From a virus, in IMG/VR virus record IMGVR_UViG_3300032271_000682, positions 1 to 64,000 of that record: 64,000 bases of DNA, one strand, 5' to 3'. Each line of letters starts with the position of its first letter. Positions within the stretch are counted from its first letter, which is position 1. A model generated the notes under the pieces. The model worked only from the letters and a program-made list of their open reading frames with translations, made no database searches and was not told the DNA's origin. A program made the position numbers and the translations under genes. Of this stretch, positions 32,020 to 40,052 are shown piece by piece.

Positions 32020-32670
32020 TTATTTTCGCCAGATGCTCATGTAACGTGTGTATTCTTTTGTGTGCAAATGCCCACTAAAGAGTGCATCACGTACATAATT
32101 AGCATCCATAAATTCATTTAGATTATTATTACAGCGAATATGTTCGGGACAACTGAAATAATTATTGCTTTGAGCTACTATCAAACTACCAGTAGCAATT
32201 CTGTCATACCACTCAGTATATGCTTCTTGAGTAAGATGTTCACATACAGTATTAATAACCACATCACTTGTAATACCCCAGTCATAGTCGTAGCGAGTCA
32301 TGTCAGCAGTTACGGCTTTAAAGCGCCATCCATCCATTTCATAGGGTTTATTAATCGTATCAGCTATCTCTTCACATAGTGGATCCATATCAATGCTACG
32401 AATCTTTTTAACTGGTATTTTGCTATTGAATAACATTGATGATAACACTCCAGTCCACCCACCGAAGATATAAACGTTGCTTGAATGCTCTACATAGTAT
32501 GATAAACAATGAATTAACCATCCTTTGCTTAATAGTTGTCCTGAATAAAATGATTCAAGAGCACGAGTTCGTCGTTCTTCTGATAAATTTCTAATGGAAT
32601 TAAACCACGCTGCTATATCTTCTAGATTAATTGATAAATTATTAGTAAATGTTTTCATATCGGTTTTCAT
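32020..32670 (-). CDS. Class I SAM-dependent methyltransferase-like protein
   Basis: VYIFGGWTG, IRSIDMDP, ADM, VINTVCEH. Likely start is ATG 32670, 5 nt after a late box. Confidence 0.7.
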   Translation of the reverse strand: MKTDMKTFTNNLSINLEDIAAWFNSIRNLSEERRTRALESFYSGQLLSKGWLIHCLSYYVEHSSNVYIFGGWTGVLSSMLFNSKIPVKKIRSIDMDPLCEEIADTINKPYEMDGWRFKAVTADMTRYDYDWGITSDVVINTVCEHLTQEAYTEWYDRIATGSLIVAQSNNYFSCPEHIRCNNNLNEFMDANYVRDALFSGHLHTKEYTRYMSIWRK

Positions 32671-32675
32671 ATAAA

Positions 32676-32705
32676 TATTTAGTGTTCTAGATATAGTATT
32701 AAATA
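32676..32705. promoter_or_regulatory. Back-to-back divergent late promoter boxes
   Basis: ACTAAATA on the minus strand (32683-32676) and ATTAAATA on the plus strand (32698-32705), each 5 nt before an ATG. Confidence 0.7.
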
Positions 32706-32710
32706 TTATC

Positions 32711-35700
32711 ATGATGATAGATAGAACAGAACAAAATCGTAGAAAGCAATTAAATGAAAGTGGTCATTGGGAAATTCCTGATAATTTAGATACTAGTAAT
32801 TTTGATTTTAATTGGCGTCCACATGACAATGAAAGACCATATATACATCAATTCGGAACACAATGGCAACGAACTGGTGGACCAAGATATATAGTTTCTG
32901 AACACGAGGGAATCAAATATCAATCTGTTCAACATGCAATTAGACTTTCAGATACTAGCAACTTTAAAAAATTAATTGAAGAAGAAATTGAATTTGATTA
33001 TAGTTGGCACCCAGACGATACAGAACCATCGCTAATATATATATTTGGTAATAAATGGAACGATCCAGCTACAGAACCAACTATTGAATATAGATCAGAA
33101 AGTGCTACTGACTTAAAATACATGTCTGAGCCAATCGCCACAGTTTTTTCTAATTTACATAATTGGAAAATTTTAATCAAGGGTGCAACAATAGACCAAA
33201 GCTGGAGACCTAACCCATTTGATCCTCCCTATATATATGTATTCGGTAATCAATGGAACGATCCAGCTACAGAACCAACTATTGAATATAGAGTAACTGA
33301 GTTAGCAGTTGATAGAAAGTATATGAATAATATGATAGCTATTGTTCCGTCAACAACTGAAAATTGGCATATACTTATTGATGGAGCAACAATAGACCAA
33401 AGCTGGAGACCTAACCCATTTGATCCTCCCTATATCTATGTATGGGGTAATCAATGGAACGATCCAGCTACAGAACCGACAATTGAATATAGAGTTTCGG
33501 GAGCCGTTGATAGAAAGTATATGAATAATATGATAGCTATTGTTCCGTCAACAACTGAAAATTGGACAGTGTTCGTAGAAGATGATTACAAAACTTTTGA
33601 TTTTAGTTGGAGACCTAATCCGCACGCACCCTCTCAAATTTATCAATGGGAAAATAATGGTCCAATGTATACAATGAAAGATGCAGTTCATGTATCATTG
33701 ATGACTAGATCAGATATAAATCAAAGTAATGTGTCTAGATATAAAATAGAAACTACACTAGAACATCTGATTGAACAGCATCCAACTGAAGTATTCTGGG
33801 CACTAAACTCGGAACTGAATTACGATCAGTTTGATTTTAATTGGAGACCAACAGAAGAAAATTTTAGACATATTAATGTATTTGGAAATGCATTGAGCAA
33901 AGATGTAACTACATATTATGTAAATGGCCCAGCTTTTATTAAAGGATTCAGAGAATATAATTATATCGACAATCATCAAATTGAAATCACTACTGATATT
34001 GATATGTTTTATATTATTAAAGGATCATCTATAGATCAATACGAAGAATTAAAACTACAGTTTCCTAAGTTACAAAAAACAAGATACTTAAACAGTTGGG
34101 TTGATACCATTAATCGTTGTGTTAAAAAAGCTACTACTAAGTTGATTTGGATACTTAGTAGTGAGGTTGATTATACTGACTTTAAGTTTGATTTTTATCC
34201 TACTACGTGGCAACGTAATATGATTCATGTATTTGGAACTCAATGGTCACACTGGGGTAATACCTATATGATTAACACTGAGACTTTTGAAGAAGATACC
34301 AAATATGTTAAGATCATTGAACATTTAACAAATATTAATTTTGTAAGAAAACGTATAGCAAAGATTACTCAATGTCTTTATGACATTGTGTATATAGATC
34401 ATGGCAATGCTAGTATCTCACTAGATCAGCTCAAACAAAAATGTCCAAACAGTACAGTTACTATTTTAAAATATAACGATAGTTATCTTAAAACGTTAAG
34501 CAATTGGACATCAACGCTTAATGTATTTGAAATCAAGCAAGAGCATTATCTATGGGTATGTAGTAGCTTATGTGACTATAGTGAATTTGATTTTACATGG
34601 GCTAGTGATCCATTTAAACAAGAACAATTACATGTGTTTTCTAGTAAGCTTGGAACTGACAGACAAAAATTTGGTGATACTTTTCTATTGAATTTAAATA
34701 CATTCAAGAAAGAAGCAGAGTTTCTATCTAAGCTTGAAGATTATAGTTGTTCAATAGATTATATTGGACATATTTCTGCTCGTCGATTACCACATCCAGT
34801 TATAGAACATGATCATGATAGTCAAGTTATTGCTATTAAAGAAATTAAAAACAGAACTTGGCCCTATTATGAATTAATTAATCGTGATAGCAAACCAGTT
34901 AAAAATCAATTCATAGTGCCTAATATGTGGAATGTTCATGAAAGACAAGTACTAGTATCTAGTACTGGTGCAAGTAGAATTGTTGTTCCAGAAGTCGCTA
35001 TAGATTATATTCACAGCGAAGTATATGATTATCATAATATTCAAGAAATGGATCAAGTTGATCAGTCTAAGCCATTGGATATAATATTTTTTAGTAATAA
35101 TGAGCCAGCAGCAGAAGAGAATTTTATACATTTGTCTAATTTAGTAAAGAGTAAAAAACTATCAAACAAACTACACTGGGTCAAAAATGTTAGTGGCAGA
35201 GTAGCAAGCCAACACGCAGCTGCTAATACAAGTGAGACCAGTTGGTATTTCTTAGTCAATGGTAAACTTCGTATAAATGAAAAGTTTGACTTTAATTGGC
35301 AACCAGATAGATTACAAAGAGCAAAGCATTACATATTCTCTGCTACTAATCCAGTCAATGGATTAGAATACGGTCATCAAGCAATAGTAGCCAATAATCG
35401 AACATTGACATTGAATACTATTGTACAGGGATTAGATTTTACACTTGACAGTCCACACGAGGTTGTAGAGATGAATTGTGGAGTAGCAAGATTTAATACT
35501 GACCCATGGACTACGTGGCGTACTGCGTTTCGAGAAGTAATCAAATTAAGTTGTAATACAGATGAAGCATCAGTCGAACGCTTACGTGCTTGGGTAAACA
35601 TAGGCAATGGAGCGAACGGTGAATGGTCTATTAAAGGTGCACAAGACGCAGTATCATACTATGATAAAGTCAATGGCAATTTAACTGAACTTATGAAGAG

Positions 35701-35749
35701 TTATGACTGGCAATGGTTAGAAAAATTATATAAAAAACGTTATTGTTGA
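32711..35749 (+). CDS. Large multidomain glycosyltransferase-like protein with internal repeats
   Basis: Repeated FDF.W.P...YI..FG.QW units. The C-terminal domain is homologous to 24443-25375 (DIIFFSNNEP, NPVNGLEYG, TWRTAFREVIKL). Confidence 0.7.
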   Translation: MMIDRTEQNRRKQLNESGHWEIPDNLDTSNFDFNWRPHDNERPYIHQFGTQWQRTGGPRYIVSEHEGIKYQSVQHAIRLSDTSNFKKLIEEEIEFDYSWHPDDTEPSLIYIFGNKWNDPATEPTIEYRSESATDLKYMSEPIATVFSNLHNWKILIKGATIDQSWRPNPFDPPYIYVFGNQWNDPATEPTIEYRVTELAVDRKYMNNMIAIVPSTTENWHILIDGATIDQSWRPNPFDPPYIYVWGNQWNDPATEPTIEYRVSGAVDRKYMNNMIAIVPSTTENWTVFVEDDYKTFDFSWRPNPHAPSQIYQWENNGPMYTMKDAVHVSLMTRSDINQSNVSRYKIETTLEHLIEQHPTEVFWALNSELNYDQFDFNWRPTEENFRHINVFGNALSKDVTTYYVNGPAFIKGFREYNYIDNHQIEITTDIDMFYIIKGSSIDQYEELKLQFPKLQKTRYLNSWVDTINRCVKKATTKLIWILSSEVDYTDFKFDFYPTTWQRNMIHVFGTQWSHWGNTYMINTETFEEDTKYVKIIEHLTNINFVRKRIAKITQCLYDIVYIDHGNASISLDQLKQKCPNSTVTILKYNDSYLKTLSNWTSTLNVFEIKQEHYLWVCSSLCDYSEFDFTWASDPFKQEQLHVFSSKLGTDRQKFGDTFLLNLNTFKKEAEFLSKLEDYSCSIDYIGHISARRLPHPVIEHDHDSQVIAIKEIKNRTWPYYELINRDSKPVKNQFIVPNMWNVHERQVLVSSTGASRIVVPEVAIDYIHSEVYDYHNIQEMDQVDQSKPLDIIFFSNNEPAAEENFIHLSNLVKSKKLSNKLHWVKNVSGRVASQHAAANTSETSWYFLVNGKLRINEKFDFNWQPDRLQRAKHYIFSATNPVNGLEYGHQAIVANNRTLTLNTIVQGLDFTLDSPHEVVEMNCGVARFNTDPWTTWRTAFREVIKLSCNTDEASVERLRAWVNIGNGANGEWSIKGAQDAVSYYDKVNGNLTELMKSYDWQWLEKLYKKRYC
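33185..33565 (+). repeat. Near-identical tandem duplication (~200-bp period, 66-67 aa) within the GT-like gene
   Basis: gcaacaatagaccaaagctggagacctaacccatttgatcctccc at 33185 and 33386; a more diverged copy lies upstream. Confidence 0.9.
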
Positions 35750-35751
35750 TT

Positions 35752-36420
35752 TTATGCTGATCTCAACAGCGCGGAATCTATAAAAACTGGATCAGTTATT
35801 ACTAATGTACCATCTGATCTAGCCATTACATTGGCAGCATGAAGATCGGGTTCAAAGTCTCCAGAGTTAATCAATGTTTTTGCTATGTCTAATGCGTCGA
35901 TCCATTGAGGATGAGTTGATCCCCAATTTATATAAAAACTACTATCTTTATATTTTGGACTATTAGTCATATCGCTTGGCATGCCACTATTTCTTAGTAC
36001 ACTATTTGACCATTTAATTATTCTTATATCATCATCGTTAGTAACTGGAGTAAGCTTTTCCATTCTAATAGCTGATACTTCAGGAGTAACAGAAACTATT
36101 CGTTTACTAATAAATTTGGGCATGTGAACGTTATTTGTGTGTTTACGTGCGGTTGATATCCAAGCAGTATAGGCAGTATCGGTTGAGATAAACACTTTAA
36201 GAACATAAGATAATTTTGAATGACTCCATACTGTCCCAAAACCGCCTGAGCCCAATGGGTGAAATCCATTCTTTAGTAGTACGTCATGCCATTCAACTCC
36301 CATAGGATAGGGACTATCACTATTTCTGATTCTTTTAGGAACAGGCAAATCTTTAATTTGACTTTTAATGCCAATTAATTCTGTCAATGTATCTTCTAGT
36401 ATGATTTCTGTTATTTTCAT
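35752..36420 (-). CDS. Protein kinase-like enzyme with CTS-like leader
   Basis: LGSGGFGTV, YVLKVF, IRMEKL, DLHAANVM, VITDP. Confidence 0.8.
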   Translation of the reverse strand: MKITEIILEDTLTELIGIKSQIKDLPVPKRIRNSDSPYPMGVEWHDVLLKNGFHPLGSGGFGTVWSHSKLSYVLKVFISTDTAYTAWISTARKHTNNVHMPKFISKRIVSVTPEVSAIRMEKLTPVTNDDDIRIIKWSNSVLRNSGMPSDMTNSPKYKDSSFYINWGSTHPQWIDALDIAKTLINSGDFEPDLHAANVMARSDGTLVITDPVFIDSALLRSA

Positions 36421-36743
36421 TATGAAAAATATGATCCACTTAACTGTTTATCTTGTTCTATTTTTTGTGCTATTGCCAATTTAACTTCTTCACAGGGATT
36501 GATTTTACAATATTTCATAAATTCCAAAGTTTTTTCAGGAGATTCAAATGAATCAATTGCGCCACCCCATGTGCCCCACGTTCCTGGTTGTTCTACTTTT
36601 CGTGATCGATGAGCGATACACAATCGTTCGGTGTCAAGTGCTAAGAAAATACATCCAGCGCCTTGTCTGCCCCAAAATCCAGTCTGCTTTAATGCATCTC
36701 GATGCTCGGAGTCGTTTTCAATGAGGAATTCGTATGATTTCAT
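36420..36743 (-). pseudogene. Truncated/chimeric Nudix hydrolase
   Basis: GAGCIFLA...HRS..VEQPGTWGTWGGAIDSFESPE is the start of a Nudix domain, but the REUxEE half of the Nudix box is absent in all frames. Confidence 0.6.
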
Positions 36744-36748
36744 AATTA

Positions 36749-37438
36749 TTAATCTCTATTCATAAGAGCATCAGTGTCATACACGGGGTCGGTCATTACC
36801 AAAGTATTACCACGTAACATAAAATTTCCAGTATGTATGTCAAATTTAAATTTAGAGTTATAACTAAATTCTTTTAAAATTTGAATCGCATCCATCAATT
36901 GTGGATAGGCATTACAGTATTTATTAAACAGATCAATTTCTTCTTTCGACATTCTTCTAGTTTCATTGTGTAACGTTAGTTTAATGAAATATATAATATC
37001 ATTCATTAATTGACCTCTCGTTGGGGCTAATTTTTCCATTCTAATTGCTGATACTTCTGGCGTAATTGGAAATGCTTTCGTACTAATAAATTTGGGAAAA
37101 TGTGGATTATTTTTATTTTGAATGCACACGTTAACCCATCCAAGGTATGCTACGTCTGTAGTTCTAAACACTTTTAATACATATTGCAACTTTGGATGTT
37201 CCCATACTGTTCCGAATGATCCAGAACCCATTGCAGTGAATCCATTATTTGTCATGACATCATGCCATTCTAATCCCAATGGTCGAGTATCAGCCGCACC
37301 TTGATCTTCATCTGGTTTAGGATATTTGAATCCAGGTTTAGGCAAATCTTTGATTTTATTTTTAATACCAACTAGTTCTGTCAATTTTTCTTCATCGATT
37401 GAGCTATTGGTTTCGGGTAAAAATTCATGTGATTTCAT
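36749..37438 (-). CDS. Protein kinase-like enzyme with CTS-like leader (paralog)
   Basis: MGSGSFGTV, YVLKVF, IRMEKL, DIHTGNFM, VMTDP. Start is ATG 37438 (MKSHEFLPE), 7 nt after a late box. Confidence 0.8.
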   Translation of the reverse strand: MKSHEFLPETNSSIDEEKLTELVGIKNKIKDLPKPGFKYPKPDEDQGAADTRPLGLEWHDVMTNNGFTAMGSGSFGTVWEHPKLQYVLKVFRTTDVAYLGWVNVCIQNKNNPHFPKFISTKAFPITPEVSAIRMEKLAPTRGQLMNDIIYFIKLTLHNETRRMSKEEIDLFNKYCNAYPQLMDAIQILKEFSYNSKFKFDIHTGNFMLRGNTLVMTDPVYDTDALMNRD

Positions 37439-37461
37439 TGTATAGTATTTATCCAAAGTAG

Positions 37462-37490
37462 TTGACATATGATATTCATTACAGTATACT
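37462..37490 (+). promoter_or_regulatory. sigma70-type promoter (probably leaderless transcript of 37497)
   Basis: TTGACA-17 nt-TATACT; ATG 6 nt downstream with no SD. Confidence 0.75.
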
Positions 37491-37496
37491 TATAAA

Positions 37497-37682
37497 ATGA
37501 GCACAGAAAATTTATTTGATTTTACAAACGTACCTCAGTCTAAAAAACGAAAAGAGGTCATCGACGATGTTCGTAACATATTGATTGTGGAATTCTTGGG
37601 AGACAAATCCGGAGAATTACAAGCTAAAAAACTATTTGAAGAACTAGTAGGTCGTGGTTTAAAAGTGAAGATAATGTCATGA
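37497..37682 (+). CDS. Small protein coupled to the ABC-GNAT gene
   Basis: 61 aa; ATGA overlap with the next gene. Confidence 0.65.
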   Translation: MSTENLFDFTNVPQSKKRKEVIDDVRNILIVEFLGDKSGELQAKKLFEELVGRGLKVKIMS

Positions 37683-38791
37683 GAACATATGAATTAACAT
37701 TAAAATGTGATGCGCCAACTGACTTCTATTGTGTCAAAGCAGCCAACTCGGTTGACTTAGATATTGATAAGAAATTAACACATAATATTAAGATTAGAGC
37801 TGATCTTGACACTCGGTACAATGTTGGTCTTATCATTGGAGCAAGTGGATCAGGTAAGACTACTCTTGCTAAACATATTTGGGGAAACAATTGCTTTGAT
37901 ACACTACTAAAACCAGATACAGCTCCTATTTCACAATTCGATGAATCATATAGCTATGATGAACGAGTGGCATTCTTAAGCGGAGTTGGTTTAGCATCAC
38001 CCACTTGTTGGATTGCTCCATCTAAAACATTAAGTAACGGTCAACAAGCAAGAGCAGAAGCAGCATTACAAATGGCTAGATTAGACGGTAAGTTTACAGT
38101 CATTGATGAATTTACTAGTGTAGTAGATAGAACTGTAGCCAAAGCAATGGCACACGCGGTACAAAAACATGCACGAAAAACAGGCAAGACTATAGCACTG
38201 CTCAGTTGTCACTATGATGTATTAGAATGGTTGAACCCAGATTGGGTCATCGATTGTAATACTCAAGAGTACACTGACCGGAGGTCACTTTGTCGAGGGT
38301 TTACCAGAACCGAAGAGCTTGTTTTTGGGATTAGACAACTTACTGACAACAAAAGTTGGAAAGTCTTTAGCAAGTATCACTATCTAAGCGATACTCTACC
38401 ACCAGGAAAAAACTATAGTTTTGGATTGTTTAGTGGAGATAATCAGATTGGATTCTGTGCCTTTTCAAATTATGTAATGTGGAAACAAGAACATAAAGAT
38501 AAAGGCATTCCAATGGTGTTACATGCTAATCGAATTGTAATTCATCCTGATTATTGTGGGTTCGGTTTGGGTGGCAAGTTTACTGATATATGTGCTGATC
38601 ACTTACAAAATGAAATGGGCTTTGATGTTCAGATCAAATTGAGCAGTGCTAGTATGGCTATTTCGCTTAAACGAAATCCACGTTGGGAACTAAGAGAAGT
38701 TAAACGAAACATTCATAATATCTGGAGCAATCACGAGAATCGTAAGGGTAGAATGGATGTAAAAACGTGGTCGTTTAATTTTCTTGGCTAA
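37679..38791 (+). CDS. ABC-type ATPase - GNAT acetyltransferase fusion
   Basis: GASGSGKTT, LSNGQQAR, VIDEF, SCH; C-terminal FSKYHYL...NRIVIHPDYCGFGLG (acetyl-CoA motif A). Confidence 0.85.
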   Translation: MRTYELTLKCDAPTDFYCVKAANSVDLDIDKKLTHNIKIRADLDTRYNVGLIIGASGSGKTTLAKHIWGNNCFDTLLKPDTAPISQFDESYSYDERVAFLSGVGLASPTCWIAPSKTLSNGQQARAEAALQMARLDGKFTVIDEFTSVVDRTVAKAMAHAVQKHARKTGKTIALLSCHYDVLEWLNPDWVIDCNTQEYTDRRSLCRGFTRTEELVFGIRQLTDNKSWKVFSKYHYLSDTLPPGKNYSFGLFSGDNQIGFCAFSNYVMWKQEHKDKGIPMVLHANRIVIHPDYCGFGLGGKFTDICADHLQNEMGFDVQIKLSSASMAISLKRNPRWELREVKRNIHNIWSNHENRKGRMDVKTWSFNFLG

Positions 38792-38802
38792 TCCAAATTT
38801 TA

Positions 38803-38831
38803 TTGACAATAACGATAAATACGTGTATACT
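38803..38831 (+). promoter_or_regulatory. tmRNA promoter: sigma70 plus embedded late box
   Basis: TTGACA(38803)-17 nt-TATACT(38826), with GATAAATA at 38814 inside the spacer. Confidence 0.75.
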
Positions 38832-38837
38832 ATGTTT

Positions 38838-39230
38838 TTAAAGAATTGTTGTAAACCCTGAGTAATCAGGACAGAAGTAAAGAGAAAAGTGTCCAAGACG
38901 AGGGTTCGATTCCCTCCAGCTTCACCATAAAGGGATTACATGAATTACATTGACAATACAATAGTGCTTGAAAACGGCAGAACAGTACATTATACAAAAG
39001 ATGTATCTAAAATGTCGCTTAAAGAAGCTAATAAAATGTTAGTCACTATTAGAAAGTCTCTTTATGATGGGGCTGACCAGGTTTCGATTGGGCAAAGAGT
39101 AACGGAATGGACAACTCGACACAGATAGTCGTAAAAAGTAAACAACCAATAAATGCTAACGATGAAAATTGGGCATTAGCCGCTTGAAAAAGTTGCTTAG
39201 GGTAGGAAATACCTCGTAACAGAAAATACC
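38838..39230 (+). ncRNA. ssrA: Circularly permuted (two-piece) tmRNA: acceptor piece ~38838-38927, intervening segment 38928-39068, coding piece 39069-~39230; tag ANDENWALAA (39155-39187)
   Basis: T-arm GAGGG-TTCGATT-CCCTC plus CAGCTTC-A-CCA precedes GGGGCTG (39069). P2 pairing TGTCCAA/TTGGGCA. Tag frame gct aac gat gaa aat tgg gca tta gcc gct tga. Own promoter and terminator. Confidence 0.92.
38940..39128 (+). CDS. Putative ORF starting in the tmRNA intervening segment (62 aa; 43 codons before the mature 5' end)
   Basis: AAGGGA SD-like motif 5 nt before the ATG; no stop across the whole IVS. Confidence 0.4.
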   Translation: MNYIDNTIVLENGRTVHYTKDVSKMSLKEANKMLVTIRKSLYDGADQVSIGQRVTEWTTRHR

Positions 39231-39259
39231 AATAGGGACTTTCGAGTCCCTATTTTTTT
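39231..39259 (+). terminator. Rho-independent terminator of tmRNA
   Basis: AATAGGGACT-TTCG-AGTCCCTATT followed by a T run. Confidence 0.9.
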
Positions 39260-39292
39260 GACGATAAATACAGTATATGTTAGAGTATCACA

Positions 39293-39547
39293 ATGAAAAT
39301 AGATAATAGCTCAGATTGGCAATTGGTAGACTTAGAGCTTAGCCGTCAAATTAGATCGTTAAACTTTAATTCTGATCTAAATAAAATGAAACGTAATTTA
39401 GAAAAAATGGTTACAGAATTGAACAAGTCTGAAGTTGAGGCTCGTAGAGTCAAAACTAATAAATATATTCGTCCTAAGATAGACGAGATAAATATAGCAA
39501 TAGATCAATTGGAAAAATTGATCATTGTACTTATATTACGACAATAA
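39293..39547 (+). CDS. Hypothetical coiled-coil protein
   Basis: 84-aa ORF; TTGACG-17-TAGAGT just upstream (leaderless geometry). Confidence 0.6.
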   Translation: MKIDNSSDWQLVDLELSRQIRSLNFNSDLNKMKRNLEKMVTELNKSEVEARRVKTNKYIRPKIDEINIAIDQLEKLIIVLILRQ

Positions 39548-39559
39548 TGGAGAAATAAA

Positions 39560-39709
39560 ATGAATACCTATTGGGCACATGTAAAAACCGGAACTGGTGG
39601 TTTTATCAAAGTAACAGTGCAGGCAGACAATGCTTATATTGCTGGTGAAATTCTTAAGAATACATATGGGGCAAATCTGATGACCTCAGCGGCTCTAGTA
39701 ACAAGATAA
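39560..39709 (+). CDS. Small hypothetical protein (49 aa; missing from the ORF track)
   Basis: SD ggaga; MNTYWAHVKTGTGGFIKVTVQADNAYIAGEILKNTYGANLMTSAALVTR. Confidence 0.7.
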   Translation: MNTYWAHVKTGTGGFIKVTVQADNAYIAGEILKNTYGANLMTSAALVTR

Positions 39710-39710
39710 G

Positions 39711-39728
39711 TGTTGTAAAAATACAACA
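39711..39728. promoter_or_regulatory. 18-bp palindromic operator 7 nt upstream of the -35 box
   Basis: TGTTGTA-AAAA-TACAACA. Confidence 0.7.
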
Positions 39729-39735
39729 TAATATA

Positions 39736-39764
39736 TTGACATTAAACCCATTATAGCTTATAAT
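39736..39764 (+). promoter_or_regulatory. Early sigma70 promoter
   Basis: Perfect TTGACA-17-TATAAT. Confidence 0.85.
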
Positions 39765-39794
39765 GGCTTTACAGTAACAGAAACGGAGTAAAAA

Positions 39795-39998
39795 ATGTCA
39801 GATAATAAAATTGATCGTACCGAGTACGATATGTTGTTTCCATCCGCTCAAGAATTCAAAACTTGGGTCGAAAATCAAGAGCTTATGGATGTTCGTGCCG
39901 AACTCAAGCGCCGCTTAACTGCTGCCATAGCTGAATCTAGTGAATCTCGTAAATATCCTAAAGAAGACTTTAGCCCATTCAACACGATTAATAGCTAA
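39795..39998 (+). CDS. Early hypothetical protein
   Basis: SD ggag; own promoter. Confidence 0.7.
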   Translation: MSDNKIDRTEYDMLFPSAQEFKTWVENQELMDVRAELKRRLTAAIAESSESRKYPKEDFSPFNTINS

Positions 39999-40016
39999 TG
40001 TTGTGTAAAAACAACA
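39999..40016. promoter_or_regulatory. 18-bp palindromic operator 7 nt upstream of the -35 box
   Basis: TGTTGT-GTAAAA-ACAACA. Confidence 0.7.
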
Positions 40017-40023
40017 CTTTTTA

Positions 40024-40052
40024 TTGACAATAAATCCATATTTCTGTATAAT
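40024..40052 (+). promoter_or_regulatory. Early sigma70 promoter
   Basis: Perfect TTGACA-17-TATAAT. Confidence 0.85.

Noticed and set aside
33054-33565. CRISPR array or DGR template/variable repeat
   Set aside because: The repeats are in-frame protein tandem duplications with no spacers, no adenine-specific variation and no reverse transcriptase or cas gene.
38895-38927. Stand-alone tRNA or att-site remnant (T-arm + CCA)
   Set aside because: No anticodon or D arm upstream, and it pairs with the downstream GGGGCTG segment, so it is the acceptor piece of the permuted tmRNA.
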